Part shown: positions 34,619 to 41,695 of the stretch, piece after piece
Numbering within the stretch: the stretch's first letter is position 1
Layout: each line of letters opens with the position of its first letter
IMG/VR virus record: IMGVR_UViG_3300048915_000124
Location: 1 to 57,623 of that record
Length of the DNA stretch: 57,623 nt
DNA from: a virus
Reading direction: 5' to 3' (one strand)
Made by a program: the position numbers and the translations under genes
Notes under the pieces: model-generated
What the model was told of the DNA's origin: nothing
The model's input: only the letters and a program-made list of their open reading frames with translations
Databases searched by the model: none

Positions 34619-34810
34619 TCAATCCTTTATCACTCGGTGTAACTCTTCTGGATGTTGCGGCCCCGTCTTCGCGAAGTTCGCGAAGATCGGTCTGTCCGGA
34701 TATGCCTGGCCGTTCGCGAACTTCACGGCCCACTTCGCGAACGCCTCCCTATAAGCGCCCCCCGACTTCGCGAAATCCGACTTCGCGAACTTCGCGAAAT
34801 CTACGATCAC
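34619..34810 (-). CDS. possible 63-aa FAK/FAN-repeat micro-protein coupled to the translocase gene (coding status uncertain)
   Basis: GTG overlaps the translocase stop (GTGA). VIVDFAKFAKSDFAKSGGAYREAFAKWAVKFANGQAYPDRPIFANFAKTG... Each FAK/FAN is one TTCGCGAA octamer. Confidence 0.35.
   Translation of the reverse strand: MIVDFAKFAKSDFAKSGGAYREAFAKWAVKFANGQAYPDRPIFANFAKTGPQHPEELHRVIKD
34668..34798. repeat. array of seven palindromic TTCGCGAA octamers (candidate cis-acting site)
   Basis: Copies start at 34668, 34677, 34713, 34734, 34767, 34782 and 34791. Spacings are 9, 36, 21, 33, 15 and 9 nt. Four copies share the ACTTCGCGAA context. Confidence 0.9.
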
Positions 34811-37041
34811 CCTGTGTGACCGGCGACGACGGCGCCGTCGAGGACCTTCGGCTCCCGCAGGATCACGAACTCGCCCCGGTCCAACCGCTCGATCGTCAGA
34901 CCCGGCGGCGACACAACCTCGCCCTTCGCGACCCGGTCCATCCGCTCCGAGAACCACGACACAGACCGCTTGAACGGGAACCGGGCGATCACGTCCCTTG
35001 GCGCGAACGTCTCCATCCCCTCATCTGCCATCCGCCGCAGCACCAGGTCGAACGCGTCGTAGGCCGCCTGCCGGTTCGGGGCCTCGGGCCGTTCGTCGCC
35101 GCTGTCCCAAATCAGGTCAGGCTCGTCCAACTCTTCCGGGGGGCGCAGCTCGTCGGGGTCGGCGTTGGCGTAGCGCTCCACGTCGCCGGGTTCGGGGTCG
35201 TCCATCGCCGGGACCGGGGGGACCTCGTCCGGGTCGGCGGATGCCCAGTCCTTTAGGTCGTAGGGGTTGACGTTCGGGTCGGTGTGCATGTCAATCTCCT
35301 CGTCTCGCGGTTGCGTCGGGGTGACCCAACGCGGCGGGTTGGTTGGTAGCGGTACGGTCGGGGACTCCGCCGCCGGCTGCGCTGGCGGTGCGTATGCCGC
35401 CGCCGCACGGCCCGGCGGTTGGAACATCGCCCACGCCTTCCCCAGGTCAGCGATGTCGGCGGGGTGCATCCGGGCCCGGTAACGCCGGCCGTCCACGATC
35501 GCCGGGACGAGCACGTCGAACCCGCCGCGCAGCGACCGGATCTCCATCGCGTACCGGGACTCGTCGACACCCGGCGCCCCGTCGAGGAAGTGGTAGCCGG
35601 GTTTCGTGTTCCGCCAGTCGCAGACCTTGTCACCACCGGCCATCACGGTCCGTTTCGTCATCGCGAACGTGTGGGAGTAGTCGTCGCCGGTCCCGAAGAC
35701 CTGCCACTGGTTCATCGCCGTCCGGGCGGTGGTGTCCATCGAGTCGCCATCCGCGCGGGGCATCAACGCATGTACGAAGATCCCCGCGGACAGGCACTTC
35801 GTGACGAGGTCCCGGAACTGGGTGGTGCCGCACACCATGTCCGCCTCGTCGATGACGACGAGCAACGCCGGCAGGCCGAGGTCTTCGTACGTGCGGACCG
35901 TCCAGTCGTTGTGCCGGTGCGCGCCCATCCGCGTAGCCCGTGCGAACGCCAACTTCGCGAGCGCACCGAGCAGCGCTTTCGCTTTCGCATAGCCGTCTGC
36001 GTAGAGGACCACGTCGTCCATCACCTGCGCGGCCAACGATTGGCCCGGTTTCGCGCAGTCGATGTACACGACGAGTACGTCGCGGCGGGTGAACGCAATG
36101 TCGGTCCACAGGATCGCGCCGCACCCCGACTTCCCCGACCGGGTTGTACCGACGGTGCCGAGGTGCCCGGCGGGGATGTCGTCGCCGTTCGCATCGGCCC
36201 ACTTCGCGAACCGCACGACCTCGGGTTGCGCATCCGCGTACCGGCCGCACACCCCGCCGTCTGCGAACGAACCACCCGGATGCGAAGGCCCATCCCAGCG
36301 GGGCCACGGTTCGAGGGGGTCGCGGTGCATGAACACCATCCGGATCTTCTTCGTGATCGGGTTGCGTTCCAGCCGTGACCGGCCGGGCAGCGCCGCCGGC
36401 ACGGCGTCTTCGATCGCTTCCATCCGGTGCGCAACGTCGCTCATCGTCTTCCCCGGGCCGGGGCTGATCTCAGCGGTGATGTGGTGCGCGTCGATCGTCG
36501 GCTGGCTGACCGTGGCCCGATCGAGGCCGATCAACTTCCCGAACGTGTCAGCCCCGGCGCCGTCCTTGGCGCGGCTGTCGGCGCGCAACGCGTCGATGCG
36601 GGGCAGGTGCCACGACCCGGCACCGATCAGCGACAACGTGAAGTGGATGATCAGCCACGGCAGGGACCAGCCGAACACGACGGTAAACCCGACCAGGAAT
36701 CCGGCGAGCCACATGGTCCCGATGACGTGGGCGGCGACGAACGTGTCCCGTTTCGTGACCCGCGTGTTGTGCAGCCACGCAATCAGCGACAGGGCGCAGA
36801 CGCTGAGGCACACGCACGCGGTGATGATGGCCTTGACGTGCGGGTCACCGATCCCGATTGGCCATGGCAATGGCCACCCGTTGACGGTGCGGACCTGGTC
36901 GCCGAGCAGGTACAGGGCGGTCGAGCCCCACGGGATCGCCGCGAACCAGACCCGCCAGTACCCGACGAACGGGGTGGTGCCGCGCCCGCGTGGGCGGCGT
37001 TCGTCGTGGTCGTGGTGCTCGGCGCGTCGCGTCGTCGTCAC
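34807..37041 (-). CDS. membrane-anchored FtsK/SpoIIIE-family DNA translocase (TraB-like architecture)
   Basis: GTG at 37041 inside ORF 34807..37290. About four N-terminal TM helices, Walker A GTVGTTRSGKSG, Walker B LLVVIDEAD, an acidic linker, and a C-terminal ~80-aa helical, possibly winged-helix domain. Confidence 0.8.
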   Translation of the reverse strand: MTTTRRAEHHDHDERRPRGRGTTPFVGYWRVWFAAIPWGSTALYLLGDQVRTVNGWPLPWPIGIGDPHVKAIITACVCLSVCALSLIAWLHNTRVTKRDTFVAAHVIGTMWLAGFLVGFTVVFGWSLPWLIIHFTLSLIGAGSWHLPRIDALRADSRAKDGAGADTFGKLIGLDRATVSQPTIDAHHITAEISPGPGKTMSDVAHRMEAIEDAVPAALPGRSRLERNPITKKIRMVFMHRDPLEPWPRWDGPSHPGGSFADGGVCGRYADAQPEVVRFAKWADANGDDIPAGHLGTVGTTRSGKSGCGAILWTDIAFTRRDVLVVYIDCAKPGQSLAAQVMDDVVLYADGYAKAKALLGALAKLAFARATRMGAHRHNDWTVRTYEDLGLPALLVVIDEADMVCGTTQFRDLVTKCLSAGIFVHALMPRADGDSMDTTARTAMNQWQVFGTGDDYSHTFAMTKRTVMAGGDKVCDWRNTKPGYHFLDGAPGVDESRYAMEIRSLRGGFDVLVPAIVDGRRYRARMHPADIADLGKAWAMFQPPGRAAAAYAPPAQPAAESPTVPLPTNPPRWVTPTQPRDEEIDMHTDPNVNPYDLKDWASADPDEVPPVPAMDDPEPGDVERYANADPDELRPPEELDEPDLIWDSGDERPEAPNRQAAYDAFDLVLRRMADEGMETFAPRDVIARFPFKRSVSWFSERMDRVAKGEVVSPPGLTIERLDRGEFVILREPKVLDGAVVAGHTG

Positions 37042-37042
37042 G

Positions 37043-37741
37043 TCAGGCGCCCCGTTCCTGGCGTAGTTCCTTCGTCCACAGCTCGACGGCACGTTTGCTG
37101 ACACCGAGCGCGAGGGCGATCTCCGCGCAACTGCCCTCCCGTGCGGCGTACCGGCGGCGGGCCTCGTCCGCGGTCGGGTTGGTCGATGCCGGACGGGTCT
37201 TCGGACGCTGCCGGCGGCGGGTAGGCCGTGCAGCCCGTGCGGGCACGTCAGCGGCAGGCGGTGCCGCCTCGGCGGCCGGTCGCTGTACACGCGGCGCGGG
37301 AACCGACACGACCGGGACCGGCCGGTGTCGCCACGTCACCACCGCGAGGTGCACACCGAGCGACAACAGCACCGGCAGCACACCCGCACCGATCCAGCCC
37401 TGCCACGGCAAGCCGCGCGCCTGCGCATCGGCGAGGTTCGCGGCGATGCTCGACGCGTTCGCCACCGCGAACACCGACCACGCGTACACACGCACCCGGA
37501 ACGGTGCACCGGCGAGGACGAACGCCGCCGCGACCGCGACGATCTGCAACACGTCCAGCGCAACCGGCACCGCGAACGCGAACCGGTCACCGAGGCGCAT
37601 CACGTCACGCCCATAGCCCCAGTTCCCATGCGCAGTCAGAGCGAAGATCCCGGCGATGACGACCGCCGTCGCGGTGATGAGCACACCGGCGGCGGTGCGT
37701 TGCGCAGTGTCAGGCTTCGCACCCGCGTTCGCATCGGTCAT
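37043..37741 (-). CDS. DUF2637-like four-TM membrane protein with C-terminal HTH
   Basis: ATG at 37741 inside ORF 37043..37849. Four hydrophobic helices, a Pro/Arg linker, then AREGSCAEIALALGVSKRAVELWTKEL. First gene of the leftward operon. Confidence 0.6.
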   Translation of the reverse strand: MTDANAGAKPDTAQRTAAGVLITATAVVIAGIFALTAHGNWGYGRDVMRLGDRFAFAVPVALDVLQIVAVAAAFVLAGAPFRVRVYAWSVFAVANASSIAANLADAQARGLPWQGWIGAGVLPVLLSLGVHLAVVTWRHRPVPVVSVPAPRVQRPAAEAAPPAADVPARAARPTRRRQRPKTRPASTNPTADEARRRYAAREGSCAEIALALGVSKRAVELWTKELRQERGA

Positions 37742-37843
37742 GGCCGCAAGTATGGGGTCGCTTGCGCGCTGTGCGCAACCCGCACGGTGCGCACGGCACG
37801 CGCAACTATACCCAGGGTGACGTGCGCAACAGACTTGCGTACC
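37742..37843. promoter_or_regulatory. divergent control region with TGCGCAAC-type repeats
   Basis: GTGCGCAAC at 37771 and 37822, CGCGCAAC at 37799, GTGCGCAC at 37787. Two inverted GTTGCGC copies lie just inside the rightward gene (about 37913..37936). Confidence 0.45.
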
Positions 37844-38107
37844 ATGCACGCCATGCGCGACGAAGACGCCCCCGACAGCGAAGACTGGCTGTCGCCGCGC
37901 GAAATCGCCGACGCGTTGCGCGTGCCGTTGCGCACCGTCCAGGCGTCGTTCGCAGACGACGAACTGCGCATCCGATGGTGGGAGCCGGAGGTCGACGGGC
38001 GGCGGGTCAAGGCGTGGCGTACGAAGCCGTTGACGCGGCAGCGGCAGTACCAGGCCCGCCGGTGGGCTGTCGACCGGCTCGTCGGCGGCGAGCCGGTCGG
38101 TGCGTAA
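37844..38107 (+). CDS. small HTH DNA-binding protein divergent from the translocase operon
   Basis: WLSPREIADALRVPLRTVQASF is HTH-like. ATG at 37844 (or 37853) inside ORF 37325..38107. Confidence 0.55.
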   Translation: MHAMRDEDAPDSEDWLSPREIADALRVPLRTVQASFADDELRIRWWEPEVDGRRVKAWRTKPLTRQRQYQARRWAVDRLVGGEPVGA

Positions 38108-38176
38108 CGTCCGGCGGTGCGAACAGGTGTGCTCATGGGTTCGACCGTGCGCGCCGACCCCGGGTGGTGGAAGGTC

Positions 38177-38210
38177 CCGCCTGTTCGCTGGTTGATCTGC
38201 GAACAGGCGG
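38177..38210. promoter_or_regulatory. perfect 12-bp inverted repeat CCGCCTGTTCGC-N10-GCGAACAGGCGG (operator and/or terminator)
   Basis: Read directly. An extra GCGAACAGG copy lies at 38119. The same CTGTTCGC/GCGAACAG arms recur at 41565..41592. Confidence 0.6.
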
Positions 38211-38500
38211 CTTTACCCAAGGCGGAGATCGTACCGAGCCAGCATCCCCCGGAGGGTAAGCCGTGGCGGTTCTTTTACCCATGCACGATCTCCACGTTGG
38301 TGCCACGCCCTTTGTATCCGCGGTGGTCGTGGCCTGTTCCGCGCGCCCTTGCCCTCGGTGGCGCTCCGCGTCCGGCGTTCCGGTGAGCCGGCTTCCGTTC
38401 CCCCGTTGTTCTCTTGTACCACAATAATAGGCACACCATCGGCCTACGTACAAGGGTTTGTGTGGGACAACAACAAGATTCTTGTGGTACGGTTATCGAC

Positions 38501-38719
38501 ATGACAGAGGACACCGCCCCACGTCGGCGCGGCCGACCCGCAACCGGCCAAGTACCTAAGCGGGACATCCGGATCGGCGAAGTTTGGGACGTGGCCCGTG
38601 CCGCAGCCGAGGAAGACGGCGAACGGTTCGCGGCATTCGTCGAACGAGCACTCCTCTGCGAGCTGCGCCGACGCAACCGTGCGCGTCAGCGTGCCGCTAC
38701 AAGGACGGAGCCGCTGTGA
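38501..38719 (+). CDS. small basic protein, ribbon-helix-helix-like (72 aa)
   Basis: ATG at 38501 inside ORF 38414..38719. RRRGRPATGQVPKRDIRIGEVWDVARAAAEEDGERFAAFVERALLCEL. AT-rich promoter-like upstream region. Confidence 0.5.
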   Translation: MTEDTAPRRRGRPATGQVPKRDIRIGEVWDVARAAAEEDGERFAAFVERALLCELRRRNRARQRAATRTEPL

Positions 38720-38913
38720 GCGAGGCACGTACATTCGAGATTCTCGCCCACCTGCGCGATCTCCACGGACAGACGATGTACGTCAAGGGATCGGCGGACA
38801 CCGTTCTGATCACGCACGTGACGTTCGGCCATGCCCACCTAGACATCGCGCAGGTACGAGCCGTGCGAGACGCACTCACCCAGTGGCTGGACGAGCGCCC
38901 ACCAACGTCGTGA
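38716..38913 (+). CDS. hypothetical protein (65 aa)
   Basis: GTG overlapping the upstream stop (GTGA). Confidence 0.45.
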   Translation: MSEARTFEILAHLRDLHGQTMYVKGSADTVLITHVTFGHAHLDIAQVRAVRDALTQWLDERPPTS

Positions 38914-38914
38914 G

Positions 38915-40060
38915 CTACCGCCCCCGGCGTAGCCCGGCGAGGCGCCGTTGCCGGCCCCGCACCAACTGCAGCACCCTGCCCGACCCGGTTGCCTCCGCCA
39001 CGAACCGGGCCCGGTCCAACACCGCCCCCGCCTCGTCGAGGTCGTCGGCGACCATCAACGCCGACCCGAGATGGCCCATGTACTCGGCGGCCCAGTCCGC
39101 GCCGCGCATCTCCGGCGGCATCCCCTCGAGCCCGGCGGTGAGGTCCGCGACCGCCCCCGCCGCCGCGACCGGCCGGTGCCGCGCCACGTACAACCACACC
39201 AAGCCGCGCTCCAACCGCCACAGCCACGGCGCCCGGTAGTACTGCCACGCCGGCACCGCACCCGTGTACCGGTTGGTCGCGTCGGCGAGCTGGTCGCCGA
39301 AGTCGAGCAGCGGCAGGGCGGCGTCGACCTCACCCAACGCGGCCAGACCACGCGCGGCGGCATAGGCGTCATAGGCGCGCTGCCCCGGATAGACGGCCGG
39401 GTCACGCAGCGCGGCGCGGGCCAGCCCAACCGCCGGCGCCCACTGGCAGGTCAGCCACGCGACGTGCGCCTGGTACGACACGGTGGTGGCGAGCAGATCC
39501 CGGTCGCCGTGCTCGGTTGCCCACTCCGCCGCTCGCGCGAACCACACCCGGGCGTCCGGCCACTTCCCGAGCGACGTGTGCAGCCAGCCGCAGAACTGGG
39601 CCCACTGCGCCGCGACGTACAGCAGGTCGGGGCGGGTCGGGCCGGCGACCTCCACGACCATGGTGGTGATCGCGGCCATCTGCGCGGCGACGGGGCCGAG
39701 CATGGTGGCGGAGCCGGCCACGTCGTCGAGGTGGCGTTGCCCGGCCAACACGCGGGTGAGGGCGTCGATCGTGTCGGGGCCGACGCGGCGGGGGTTCGCG
39801 ACGGCGTCGACGAGCAGGTCCCGGTCGTCGGGGCTTGCGGCGGCGATCAGTAGGTCGGTGAGTTGCCCGTCGGCGTGGAGTGCCCGGTCGAGGGCGCGGA
39901 CCACCTGCGGCGAGGGGCTGCGTTCGCCGTTGACCAACTGGCTGAGGTAGCTGTGGGAGATGTGCGCGGCGGCGGCGATCCGGTTCTGCGACGCCCGCGT
40001 TTCGAGGATCAGTGCGACGAGGACGGCGCGGAAGCGGGGGTCGATGGCAGGGCGGCCCAT
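38915..40060 (-). CDS. XRE-type HTH regulator with large helical-repeat (TPR-like) C-terminal domain
   Basis: N-terminus ILETRASQNRIAAAAHISHSYLSQLVNGERSPS. The remaining ~300 aa are Ala/Leu/Trp-rich helical repeats. 381 aa. Confidence 0.7.
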   Translation of the reverse strand: MGRPAIDPRFRAVLVALILETRASQNRIAAAAHISHSYLSQLVNGERSPSPQVVRALDRALHADGQLTDLLIAAASPDDRDLLVDAVANPRRVGPDTIDALTRVLAGQRHLDDVAGSATMLGPVAAQMAAITTMVVEVAGPTRPDLLYVAAQWAQFCGWLHTSLGKWPDARVWFARAAEWATEHGDRDLLATTVSYQAHVAWLTCQWAPAVGLARAALRDPAVYPGQRAYDAYAAARGLAALGEVDAALPLLDFGDQLADATNRYTGAVPAWQYYRAPWLWRLERGLVWLYVARHRPVAAAGAVADLTAGLEGMPPEMRGADWAAEYMGHLGSALMVADDLDEAGAVLDRARFVAEATGSGRVLQLVRGRQRRLAGLRRGR

Positions 40061-40083
40061 GCCACGCAGTGTACGGACACGGT

Positions 40084-40114
40084 GACGCCCCCGGCCGCGC
40101 CAACCGGGGGCGTC
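40084..40114 (-). terminator. hairpin (11-bp perfect stem GACGCCCCCGG/CCGGGGGCGTC, 9-nt loop)
   Basis: Lies between the stop of gene 40152..40343 and the start of the regulator gene. Confidence 0.45.
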
Positions 40115-40151
40115 GCTGTTCCACCACGGTTAGGACAGCGTAATCGCCTTC

Positions 40152-40343
40152 TTACCTCAGCCTGCCGCTGCACTTCTCGCAGCGATCCTTACCGTCCCGG
40201 TATGTCCAGTTGTCCGGTGGCTCGCTCAACTGGCGCCGCGCCGCCGCCAGCTTGTCGTGCGCGTCGACCTCGGGCACGGTCTCCGCACTCGCTTCGCAGT
40301 CATCGCAGACCAGCCCATACACCTTGACGACGTAGTAGCTCAC
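40152..40343 (-). CDS. hypothetical zinc-ribbon protein (63 aa)
   Basis: CDDC...CEKC pairs. ORF track. Confidence 0.5.
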   Translation of the reverse strand: MSYYVVKVYGLVCDDCEASAETVPEVDAHDKLAAARRQLSEPPDNWTYRDGKDRCEKCSGRLR

Positions 40344-40346
40344 GGC

Positions 40347-40775
40347 TCACCCGATCCGCTGCCAGGTGCCGCACCCCCGCGCGTTGAACGCCGCGTCGGT
40401 GCCCACGATCGTGACGACGACGGGGGTGCCAGTCTGGCCGGATCCGTTGCCGATGATGTCGGAAACCGCGCCGCTGGTGCCCTTCAACCGCACCCAGTAG
40501 CAGCCGTCGGAGGTGGCGGGGACGGTAGTGCGGTACTGGCCGGGGGTGATGTCGGTGCCGACGAGCCACGTGCCGTCCCCGAACGTGGCGCGCGGACCGG
40601 TCGCGGCCGGTGTGGCCGGTGTGGCGGCGGCGGGCGGGGGTGAGCTGTTCGTCCGCGCGCCGAGCGGCAGGACGAACAGGGCGACGCCGCCGACGATCCC
40701 GAAAACGCCGCAGATTCCGAGGGCGACGGCGACCTGTTTGGAGGTGGACATGGGGCGGCGGGCAGGGGTGTTCAC
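40347..40775 (-). CDS. membrane-anchored or secreted protein (candidate prophage-expressed surface protein)
   Basis: TM/signal helix VAVALGICGVFGIVGGVALFVL, a Pro/Ala linker, then a ~75-aa Cys-pair domain (GQYRTTVPATSDGCYWVRL...ARGCGTWQRI). Alternative ATG at 40751. Confidence 0.55.
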   Translation of the reverse strand: MNTPARRPMSTSKQVAVALGICGVFGIVGGVALFVLPLGARTNSSPPPAAATPATPAATGPRATFGDGTWLVGTDITPGQYRTTVPATSDGCYWVRLKGTSGAVSDIIGNGSGQTGTPVVVTIVGTDAAFNARGCGTWQRIG

Positions 40776-40813
40776 GGTGGGCTACTTCCCGGTACTTCGG
40801 TGGTGCGGATAGA

Positions 40814-41101
40814 TCAGACAGGTTCGTTGACGATCAGATTCTCAACAACCGAACCGAGCACGACCCGCGCAATGCGGATCAGGTCATCGACGGCCCGGCG
40901 GAGGGTGGTGTCGTCGCCGATCTTTTCGGCCCAGCCGTCGATGACGAGCGCTTGCACGGCGTTCGCGAGGAACGCGTCGTCGGTCAGGGCCTTCACAGCA
41001 GCCTTGGCCTGACGTTCCTCAGCTGCTCGACCAGCGCCGTCGCAGCCACATTCGGCGGCGTGAATTGCATCGGCGATGCTGCCAATCAGGTTGGTACTCA
41101 T
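40814..41101 (-). CDS. hypothetical helical protein (95 aa)
   Basis: ORF track. Confidence 0.5.
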   Translation of the reverse strand: MSTNLIGSIADAIHAAECGCDGAGRAAEERQAKAAVKALTDDAFLANAVQALVIDGWAEKIGDDTTLRRAVDDLIRIARVVLGSVVENLIVNEPV

Positions 41102-41102
41102 C

Positions 41103-41315
41103 TCAGTTCCCTTCGGGGAGTCGGTTGGTGGCGGTCAGCCATGCGGCCACATCGGGCCAGTTCCACGCGGGCCGACCCCCGACGGTCCACTGCGGGGCGG
41201 GGAAGTCGGCGTGACGGCGGCGCCACGCGTCAACGGTCGCGAGGACCACCCCCGCGCGGTGCGCGATTTCCGTCGCACCGACCGGGTCAACGTCCACCTC
41301 AGCCATCAATATCAA
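41103..41315 (-). CDS. xis: excisionase-type (MerR/HTH_17-like) DNA-binding protein
   Basis: VGATEIAHRAGVVLATVDAWRRRHADFPAPQ...RPAWNWPDVAAWL is typical of the excisionase HTH family. A probable start is the ATG at 41306. Confidence 0.6.
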   Translation of the reverse strand: MILMAEVDVDPVGATEIAHRAGVVLATVDAWRRRHADFPAPQWTVGGRPAWNWPDVAAWLTATNRLPEGN

Positions 41316-41493
41316 TCCCGCGTCCCACTGGGCGCATGTGCCACGGGATCACGTCGGCGGAGGTGAGTTGGTCTTCGACGCAGGTGCCGTGCCACTGCAC
41401 GAACAGGTCGTCGCCGTCGATGTTGACGATGGTGCCGGTGTGGGTGCCGTCCCATTTGGTGTCGCGGACACGGTCGCCGATTTCGTAGGTCAT
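41299..41493 (-). CDS. hypothetical protein (64 aa, SH3/Tudor-like composition)
   Basis: ORF track. First gene of a leftward transcription unit. Confidence 0.5.
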   Translation of the reverse strand: MTYEIGDRVRDTKWDGTHTGTIVNIDGDDLFVQWHGTCVEDQLTSADVIPWHMRPVGRGIDIDG

Positions 41494-41564
41494 CTTCGGG
41501 CTCCTATGTTGTTGTTACCCCTACAGTATCCGGCCCGGTCGACCCTGTCAAGGAAACCCCGACA

Positions 41565-41592
41565 CCTGTTCGCAGCCTTGCCCCGCGAACAG
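41565..41592. promoter_or_regulatory. inverted repeat CCTGTTCGC-N11-GCGAACAG in a divergent intergenic region
   Basis: Same arms as 38177..38210. Lies in the 202-bp gap between the leftward 41493 and rightward 41696 gene starts. Confidence 0.5.
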
Positions 41593-41695
41593 CAACCGAC
41601 TACCCACCGCACCCGCCCCGTCGCACCCTGAAATCGGCACGGAGGGAGCGTAACCCCGACGCCACGTCGACCGTTCAACCCCGAAAGGGGCGACC

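Noticed and set aside
34668-34798. CRISPR-like array of TTCGCGAA.
   Set aside because: The repeat unit is only 8 bp and the spacings are irregular at 9-36 bp. This is far from CRISPR geometry, so I treated it as a protein-binding site array or coding repeat instead.
34702-35256. Plus-strand ORF reading the octamer array as TSR repeats.
   Set aside because: It runs antisense through the 3' end of the well-supported translocase gene and has an Arg/Pro-rich low-complexity product.
38130-38165. tRNA-like T-loop string (ATGGGTTCGACCGTGCGCGCCGACC), considered as a possible tRNA or attP core.
   Set aside because: I could not fold a 5-bp T-stem with a 7-nt loop, and there are no D or anticodon arms on either strand. 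It does not support a tRNA call, and attP remains unlocated.
38501-38913. The RHH-like protein plus the 65-aa partner as a toxin-antitoxin pair.
   Set aside because: Only the gene-pair geometry fits. The second protein has no recognisable toxin motif, so I kept both as hypothetical proteins.
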